Source: a bacterium (GTDB taxonomy: Bacteria; Patescibacteriota; Patescibacteriia; JBAXGH01). From it: a stretch of DNA of 64,000 nucleotides. The notes below the pieces were generated by a model. It was given only the letters and a program-made list of their open reading frames with translations, searched no databases and was not told where the DNA came from. Positions 57,242 to 64,000 of this stretch are shown one piece after another. A program made the position numbers and the translations under genes. The stretch covers positions 12,800 to 76,799 of the forward strand of contig JBAXGH010000003.1 in the NCBI GenBank assembly GCA_037139515.1, read 5' to 3'. Position 1 is the first letter of the stretch. Each line of letters starts with the position of its first letter.

Positions 57242-60200
57242 AAAGTTGTTTGCACTATACTCAAACGTCCGTTAGATTTTTCTAAATTAACACCCGTTTC
57301 TAATTCTGCGAGCTGATTCAGCGTGAGCCCGAGAGCACTTTTTAGTCCAAAGACAGCATCAAGCAATTGACATTCGATACTATTAAATTCCTCGCGTACT
57401 CTTAAATATGATTTGCCCTCTTCACCGTCAGATTCTCTCTTTAAGTGAAGAACGATCGACTCGCTCTCTTTGGTAATATTAACAATCTGACAATTATCCC
57501 TATCTAGAAAATCCGACGCACCCTTGAGCGTATGTGCGACGTCTCCAACACGAAACAATTCATTTATTTTCATAAAGTGTTTTTTATTCTCGATGATTTC
57601 TATTTCTGCAGGAGTAAAGCCGTAGAGTTCATAAACCATATGATCGATCTGATTTTCAAGGATATCAGTATCGGCTTTAGAATTGGATTGTTTCATAACT
57701 ATAATCTGGTCAACAATCAATTCAATCTGAGTGGAAATCTCTTTTTGTAGTGGTGAATCTATTATTGGAACCCGCACCTCTCGTAAGTGCCTAGGGTAAA
57801 AGTGCAAACCATTCGCAAACAGCTCTGCAAAATACCACGAGGACACCCTACAGTTTAAAACTCCGAGCATGTATCTAAGACTGTACTTTCTCGAATTTGA
57901 TATTTTTTCATCAGTAAATACGGATTTCAACTGACGATATTTCAATCCTCTTAGGATGTAATATGGAACGGCGTTTATGAGTGCGTCATTATTATAAAGC
58001 CCATTAGTATCCAACACCGCCTGTATTCCAGATCTGCCGACTATGTTTTTTACTATAATCTTTTCAGCCTCAAAAAGTTCTGGAAAAACAGGAGCTTTGT
58101 GCTTCTCTGGCTCGTAACTTAAGTACTTAATTTCATTTATTGAGTATCGATCGAAATATTTTCCCTCAATATACATCTTGAGCCCGGGCGAAAACTGATC
58201 CCTGATATATTCTTCTTTCTTTATCTGGTTCACAGTACTATGAAGTTCTGCACCTTTTGAAATATATAAAATATCGTCCATTACTATAGATAACGACTGA
58301 ATCTTCTTTAACAGCTTGATTTTATCTACAGACAGACTGATCTTAAAGTTTCTCTCTTCATTAAGCTTAAAGAATTTCGTATTTATTTGGGTCATTTTCA
58401 GTTCATCAAGTCTTGGAACATCCCCACTTTCATGAAAATAGATATTTAAGTCATAGTCATGCCGCTGTTGAATTTTTTGTATCAATGTAATTTGAGTATC
58501 AACCATTGCTGACTTGAAAACTCTATATGCAGAGAAATCGATTAGACTTATTATTTTATAGCCCAAAAAAATATTTCTAATTCCCTGGCCATATGATTGA
58601 GCCATCCATTTGTTGCTTGTTATATAAGACAGAACGCCTCCATCCTTAAGCAGATTGAGTCCGCGCTCATAAAAGATTATGTATAAATCATAATGTCCAT
58701 TCGCACTTAAATAGTTCTTCTCGAAATACTTTTTTAATAGGTCATCTATCTTCCAGATGCTTACATACGGCGGATTGCCGATTACAATATTAAAACCTTT
58801 CACACCAAACATGAACTCAGCGTCAAAAAACTGACACGAATTTTCACTATCAAATGGTAAATAGGTTTTCAACTGTTTAGTTTTTTCCGACGACCCGAAT
58901 AGACCTTCCTGCTGTTGTTGCAAAGACAAGAAGTCTGCTTTCAATCTTTTCTTTTTAGTAATGCTTTCCGTTTTAAAATATTCGTCTCGAATAGCCTGTA
59001 TCTCTTTAGCGAGATGAGTAGAATTATCACCAAGCATGACTGCGCTCTTTCCTGTTTGAAGAGGTAACAACGTATTCGCACACACGAACTTGAAATCCAA
59101 GTTCGGCAACGGTTCGATGCCCATGTTTTTTGCTTTTGGATTTAGTTCTTCATCAACTAAGATGGAAAGCCATGCTCGGAGGCGGGCAATATCTATTGCC
59201 ATCGGCTCGATGTCGACGCCGTAGAGGTTATTTTTTATAATCGCGAGCTTGGTTTTATAGACATCAAAGCGCGTTTCAAGGCGCTCATATATTGAAAGCA
59301 TGAGCTGCAACATACCCATCGGAAAGGCACCGGAACCGCAGGCGGGGTCGAGGATCTTCGCATCATCCAGCGCGTCAATCAGATATTTCTTATAGGGTGT
59401 AAGGTCTTCTCGATAATTACGGTTATCAAACTCGTGCTCTTTTTTGTCCAAAAGCAACTCAAGTATATGGGAGCGCTTATTATCATCCGGCAACTTCCCC
59501 TCCAAATACGCGCGCATGCTCTCGCGGCACATGTAGTCTACAATTTCACGCGGGGTGTAAAATGCACCTTTCGCCTTGCGCGCCTGCTCGCCAGCTTCAT
59601 CCGTCTGCTCGGCAAGTAAGTTCTCAAAAATGCGCCCTAACATCTCCGGATCGATGGCGACTTGCTGAAACGTACTCGTGCTTTCGTCTGTCGTAAAATT
59701 ATATTGATTGAGAGCCGCAAAAAAACGATCAAAATAATCTTTCGGAAAATTAATCTTCGTTTCACCGAAGTGATCCGTTGGGCGTGGCTCAAAAAGCCCG
59801 CCGTTCAGATATGGTGTCTCTGTATCCGTTGAGAACAAGTGTTTTGGTGTTTCAACTTTACCAAAAAGATCACGTTTGACGCCGGATTGGCGCTCACGAT
59901 CTTCTAATGGGGTATTTAAGACCTGAAAAAAAAGTTTTTCGAGTTTTGCGCGGTAGTATTCTGACGAGGCTATGCTTTCGGTCTCAAAATATTTATGAGC
60001 ATCAGCAATAATTCCCTTTCGCCGCAGGAACCAGCAGAAGATTAAACGACCAATAAGGCGGTTTGCAAAGAGCCGCGCATGTTTCTTATCAAAAATTTCT
60101 TTTGTCGACACATGCTCCACGAGCTCCGCGAAGAATCCAGCAATTTCCTGATAGAACTTTTTATTGAGCGGTTGCAGGTCAAAACTCTGCCAGATCATCC

Positions 60201-60747
60201 CGTGAACTTCAGCTTTTTTTGTAAAATCAAAAGGACCTTCCCATTTTGCGAGAATCTCTTGTTGGGTGACGGTTAACGCTCCGTGTAACTCGAGGGTACG
60301 GATTGCGTATTTGTTAGAAAGCACGAGAACGACACGATCTGCCTCTTTTGGAACGATAATGTCAACACCAATCGGCTCATGCGCAAAAAATGGTTCATCC
60401 TCAAAGTTTGGAGTCAATGCAACGACGGCTGAAATGATGCGTTTGGAGGTTTTTTGTACCCAATACAACTTAAAATCAAGATTTTTGCCATTCCCTTCAG
60501 CAACCTTGTAGCAGGCGCGACGATCACTAAACCCAGCCGCCTCCATAAACCAACCCGCATGATCACGGATCTTTCCCTTTGAATCATTAAAAGGCTTTGG
60601 AGAAGTATCTGCCGCAACACCAAAAAGACCCGAGATTGCATTCGTCACCTCAAGAGCATGAGCAAATGATGGCTCGGCAGACAACTTCAAGAGAGCCTCC
60701 TGAAGCAGTTTTAACTTTACTGGAATATTATTTGTTGTCCTTGGCAT
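57238..60747 (-). CDS. Eco57I-like (Type IIG/IIL-related) N6-adenine DNA methyltransferase with a TaqI-like target recognition domain
   Basis: PYLNGGLF, DPEMLGRIFE, FYTPREIV, ILDPACGSGAF (motif I), IGNPPY (motif IV), ID..VYELYG. Start taken as ATG 60747. Confidence 0.92.
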   Translation of the reverse strand: MPRTTNNIPVKLKLLQEALLKLSAEPSFAHALEVTNAISGLFGVAADTSPKPFNDSKGKIRDHAGWFMEAAGFSDRRACYKVAEGNGKNLDFKLYWVQKTSKRIISAVVALTPNFEDEPFFAHEPIGVDIIVPKEADRVVLVLSNKYAIRTLELHGALTVTQQEILAKWEGPFDFTKKAEVHGMIWQSFDLQPLNKKFYQEIAGFFAELVEHVSTKEIFDKKHARLFANRLIGRLIFCWFLRRKGIIADAHKYFETESIASSEYYRAKLEKLFFQVLNTPLEDRERQSGVKRDLFGKVETPKHLFSTDTETPYLNGGLFEPRPTDHFGETKINFPKDYFDRFFAALNQYNFTTDESTSTFQQVAIDPEMLGRIFENLLAEQTDEAGEQARKAKGAFYTPREIVDYMCRESMRAYLEGKLPDDNKRSHILELLLDKKEHEFDNRNYREDLTPYKKYLIDALDDAKILDPACGSGAFPMGMLQLMLSIYERLETRFDVYKTKLAIIKNNLYGVDIEPMAIDIARLRAWLSILVDEELNPKAKNMGIEPLPNLDFKFVCANTLLPLQTGKSAVMLGDNSTHLAKEIQAIRDEYFKTESITKKKRLKADFLSLQQQQEGLFGSSEKTKQLKTYLPFDSENSCQFFDAEFMFGVKGFNIVIGNPPYVSIWKIDDLLKKYFEKNYLSANGHYDLYIIFYERGLNLLKDGGVLSYITSNKWMAQSYGQGIRNIFLGYKIISLIDFSAYRVFKSAMVDTQITLIQKIQQRHDYDLNIYFHESGDVPRLDELKMTQINTKFFKLNEERNFKISLSVDKIKLLKKIQSLSIVMDDILYISKGAELHSTVNQIKKEEYIRDQFSPGLKMYIEGKYFDRYSINEIKYLSYEPEKHKAPVFPELFEAEKIIVKNIVGRSGIQAVLDTNGLYNNDALINAVPYYILRGLKYRQLKSVFTDEKISNSRKYSLRYMLGVLNCRVSSWYFAELFANGLHFYPRHLREVRVPIIDSPLQKEISTQIELIVDQIIVMKQSNSKADTDILENQIDHMVYELYGFTPAEIEIIENKKHFMKINELFRVGDVAHTLKGASDFLDRDNCQIVNITKESESIVLHLKRESDGEEGKSYLRVREEFNSIECQLLDAVFGLKSALGLTLNQLAELETGVNLEKSNGRLSIVQTTL

Positions 60748-63700
60748 AATAGAGGATTCCCTCAACAGTATCAGGAGTCATGACCGGTCGAATCTCGGAA
60801 TTCGTGAGTTTAGCTAGAACGATGATCTCCTTCAGTTTCTCATGGTAGGGCATATTTTCTCGGCGTGCCTTTATAATGTCTCTTGTGAGTTTCCGCATCT
60901 TACCATCATCAATCACATTTCGAGTACCGAAGCCAGCCTGCACCGACTGGATATCTTCGGCGGAATATTGTAACTCATACAACGTGCGTAGAATTTCTGT
61001 TTGCTGGCCAACTGGAGCGCCCGGCTCATCTTCGTCGTGGTACGCACCAATATTCCTCGCAGTAATCTCAGCGATCCGGGCACGGTCTATGGAAATCTGG
61101 TCTTTATCATGAGAGCCGTCTTCCGAAGTCGCTCTAATCCATTCCAGCGCTTGCAACGCCGTCACCGCCGCAAACCGCTCACCAGTTTTTTCCATCTGGG
61201 CAAATTGCATGCCGATTGGATTACCCCGATCAAGCAGTCGCGCGCAAGCGAGCACATCCGGACGATCACTTCCGATGTGTTTCCGGCTCGGCAAAACTCC
61301 CCACTTTCCCCTTGGAAGATTATAGATATGTTGCTTATACCCTTCTGAATTTTCTGGATTCTTATCGAACTTCTTAAGGTCGAAAATGTATTCATCTTCA
61401 GAAAGTAAAAAGTCCGCGCTCGATTCCAGCTTCGTGAATGCAGCTTTTCGAACCTCGGAATCTTCGCTATATACATCCTCGAGACTATCCGTGTACTCAA
61501 TCGGGTTTGGTAATTCGGTAAGTACCGATTGATCCGTGCCGATCGTGAATCGGATCAATTCAATCTTGCTCTGCAAGCGGCCAACAAGCCGCAAATAGCC
61601 TTCGAGCTTTTCTTCTGGACTCATGTTGTACACATAGACCGTGCTATGCGTCGAACCAAGACGATTCACACGACCATTGCGTTGAATCATACGCACTGGA
61701 TTCCAATGAAGGTCGTAGTTCACGATCACACCGCAATCCTGCAAATTTTGACCTTCAGAGAGCACGTCCGTGGAAAAAAGATACTGAAGTTCGTGTTCGC
61801 CCGTACCGATTGTGTGATTTTTAGAATTCGGGGAAAAACGCGCCGCGAGGTCATCTGCACTCTCGCGGTTTTTAGAGGAAACGAAAGCGGAGTTCTCTTT
61901 AGTGATAAGTTTGGTGAATTCGGGCAAGTTCTTTTCAAGATATTTGATGGTATCCGCAAAGTACGAGAACACCAAAACCTTGCCTCCCGCAACATTTTCT
62001 TTCCGTAATTTTTCAAGCAACTCTATGAACGAACGAAGCTTAGTATCGTCGGCTTCTACGATAGCGAGCTGCCGCAGAAGATGCTTAATGATCAAGCGCT
62101 CCTTCCCCATGTCCGCACCAAGCTCTTGGGCTGCATAGTTATTAGCGCCGATTGTATCAAGAATCAATTTATCATCCGCCTCCACAGCATCATCGTGTTC
62201 AATATCTTCATCTTCTTCGGCCAACATCTGTTCGAGTGCGTCCATGTCCTTTAAGCTCACAATTTTATCCTTTGCTACGCCGGCCTGAAACATATCTAAC
62301 TTACGATCGTATGCCTCAAGTGATGTTCGGAAGGCGAAAATAGAAGATTCCATTCGCTTCAAAAATATGGTACGCAAAATTCCGTACATTCCCATCTGGA
62401 GCTGTAAATCACGCCCCTCCTCCGAACCGAGCTTCAGCGCCTTGATCTGCTCAGGCGTTTTACCGTAAAACTTTGTCTGATAGATTCTCCATCGATATGG
62501 AATAAATCCCAACATGAGCACCATCTGATAAATAAAATACATTGGCGATTCACTCGCAAGTTCCTCGGTGCTTTTGAACTCCTTTACATTATCGAGCTGA
62601 TCAAGTGGATGTAGTAGACTTTTGCAGTCGTTAAAAATCGCCTCAGGGGTTGCTGCATATATCTTTTCCAGAGGAAGGAAACCGGATTCCAGTGCGAGAA
62701 TCTTTTTTCGAGCATCGGGATGAAAATCGTATTTTTGGTTTTCGGGCACAGAAGCTGGAAAACTCATCTTCTTTCCGTCGAGCGTGAGAAAACCATATTC
62801 TTTCTCAATGCCTTGGCGAGTACGTCGAACGACAAAATGGCGGATGATGGGCATCATCGTCTGTCGAACATAGTCATAATCGATTGTTCCGCCCCTCGTG
62901 ACATCCTGACGAATCTTTTTTTCAAGATTTTGGATCGCTTGGTAAAAGCTCACCATGCTCGTTTGCTTAGTTTTATGATCCACAAGCGGAATTTTGAAAA
63001 CATCCTGGTCGCCACGCGCTCCCAAGAGAATCTGATTTGTGATATCGCTTAATTGATTGTTGATTGGGGTCGCCGTAAGCAGTAAAACGTGCGCCTTTGG
63101 ATTTTGTCGCATCCATGCAAGAAGCTGTTCGTATCGCTGGCCAGAAGTACGTCGCAGGTTGTGCGATTCATCAATAACGAAAAGTGAGACGCTCGCGATA
63201 CGGTCGAGTTTCTGCGCCTCTTCAATCGCTCCCTTATTCTGAAAAACCCGAGGTTCAAAGTTCATCACGCCCTGCGTGAGCAGCTCTTGCGTCCATTGTT
63301 TTTTGAGCGATTTTGGACAAATAACTTCCACGCGCATTTTTCCCTCGCTTCCATCAAGGTACTGCTTCATCACTTCGATCGCAGTATAGGTTTTTCCTAA
63401 ACCAACTGAGTCAGACAGCATTGCAACTCTGTGCTTGTTGATGCGCCGCAAGAGCGCCTGTACGTTCTTTTTTTGAAAATCCATCAACTCATGCGCTCCA
63501 CGAATCGTAGATTGAACCGCTTCATCCTCCAACTCCTCATGATAAATCTCAAAAAGGGTCTTTATGTACATCTCGTATGGACTAAAAAGCTCATCACCAA
63601 TTGGAGATTCGCCAAGAATCTCTACAAATTTTCCGTCCCAATGTTCAGTTGTTTCGTCATTCCAAAGCTCATCAAACCAAAATAGATGTCCGACTTCCTG

Positions 63701-64000
63701 CGACTCAGTTAGTGGCCTTGAAAGGACGACTCGAAGATCGGATTCCAACGCATTAAGCTCAGTATTTTGCGTCAGTCCATTTTTTGTAAAGTTCGACGAA
63801 CCAATTATGCCCACCGCTTGATCAGACTGGTAGCCACCAAAAATATAACACTTGGCGTGAAGGAACGCTTTCCGATACACCCGAACTTCGAGCTGACCAG
63901 AGTCAATCATTTCCTTAATCCTCACTACCGTTTCTTTCAATTCGGGACGAGGACCGATTCTTTCAAGGTCATGGAAAAAGTCTTGATCGGGGTAATCAAC
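60728..64000 (-). CDS. PLD-nuclease/SNF2-like helicase; 5' end outside window
   Basis: LHAKCY...GSSNFT...N.E (PLD), DSVGLGKT, DESHN, TATP, SEGQNLQ, QRNGRVNR; the frame stays open to 64000. Confidence 0.92.
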   Translation of the reverse strand, partial: VDYPDQDFFHDLERIGPRPELKETVVRIKEMIDSGQLEVRVYRKAFLHAKCYIFGGYQSDQAVGIIGSSNFTKNGLTQNTELNALESDLRVVLSRPLTESQEVGHLFWFDELWNDETTEHWDGKFVEILGESPIGDELFSPYEMYIKTLFEIYHEELEDEAVQSTIRGAHELMDFQKKNVQALLRRINKHRVAMLSDSVGLGKTYTAIEVMKQYLDGSEGKMRVEVICPKSLKKQWTQELLTQGVMNFEPRVFQNKGAIEEAQKLDRIASVSLFVIDESHNLRRTSGQRYEQLLAWMRQNPKAHVLLLTATPINNQLSDITNQILLGARGDQDVFKIPLVDHKTKQTSMVSFYQAIQNLEKKIRQDVTRGGTIDYDYVRQTMMPIIRHFVVRRTRQGIEKEYGFLTLDGKKMSFPASVPENQKYDFHPDARKKILALESGFLPLEKIYAATPEAIFNDCKSLLHPLDQLDNVKEFKSTEELASESPMYFIYQMVLMLGFIPYRWRIYQTKFYGKTPEQIKALKLGSEEGRDLQLQMGMYGILRTIFLKRMESSIFAFRTSLEAYDRKLDMFQAGVAKDKIVSLKDMDALEQMLAEEDEDIEHDDAVEADDKLILDTIGANNYAAQELGADMGKERLIIKHLLRQLAIVEADDTKLRSFIELLEKLRKENVAGGKVLVFSYFADTIKYLEKNLPEFTKLITKENSAFVSSKNRESADDLAARFSPNSKNHTIGTGEHELQYLFSTDVLSEGQNLQDCGVIVNYDLHWNPVRMIQRNGRVNRLGSTHSTVYVYNMSPEEKLEGYLRLVGRLQSKIELIRFTIGTDQSVLTELPNPIEYTDSLEDVYSEDSEVRKAAFTKLESSADFLLSEDEYIFDLKKFDKNPENSEGYKQHIYNLPRGKWGVLPSRKHIGSDRPDVLACARLLDRGNPIGMQFAQMEKTGERFAAVTALQALEWIRATSEDGSHDKDQISIDRARIAEITARNIGAYHDEDEPGAPVGQQTEILRTLYELQYSAEDIQSVQAGFGTRNVIDDGKMRKLTRDIIKARRENMPYHEKLKEIIVLAKLTNSEIRPVMTPDTVEGILYYAKDNK

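Noticed and set aside
57238-64000. Complete DISARM or BREX system
   Set aside because: No drmA/drmB, brxC or pglZ genes are visible downstream, and the upstream context lies outside the window, so the label cannot be supported.
1-64000. Stop-codon recoding (UGA=Gly, as in Gracilibacteria/Absconditabacteria)
   Set aside because: Core genes translate full-length under the standard code, and TGA ends genes such as mnmA, glmS and msrA at their expected termini.

Overview
Chromosomal window from a small-genome bacterium, most likely Patescibacteria/CPR (Parcubacteria-like). This assignment is inferred from the short AlaRS, the RpoA lacking its alpha-CTD, the tandem TraG/VirD4-like ATPases and the many SD-less core genes. 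The first ~46 kb is mostly housekeeping: gltX, clpB with a CIRCE operator, priA-def-fmt, a surface-glycan cluster, zwf, infA-rpmJ-rpsM-rpsK-rpsD-rpoA-rplQ-rplM-rpsI, alaS, mnmA, secDF, glmS, xth and msrAB. From ~46 kb there is an accessory stretch of stand-alone genes, followed by a defence-like island (BRO-N, Fic, an Eco57I-like methyltransferase and a PLD-SNF2 helicase cut by the window edge). The most notable observations are: (1) three dispersed ~90-nt hairpins with covarying stems, a conserved C.C mismatch and a TGCGCCCC loop; (2) an apparently self-contained ~215-nt structured ncRNA with its own promoter and terminator in the defence island; (3) a viperin-like radical SAM gene next to a nucleotide kinase; (4) GTCATCCCG REP-like elements that form degenerate arrays; (5) two classes of translation start, leaderless/SD-less versus strongly SD-led; (6) odd core proteins, namely a helicase-dead PriA, a SecD with parvulin inserts and a GT2-Wzy fusion. 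All calls come from reading motifs by eye; no database searches were run.
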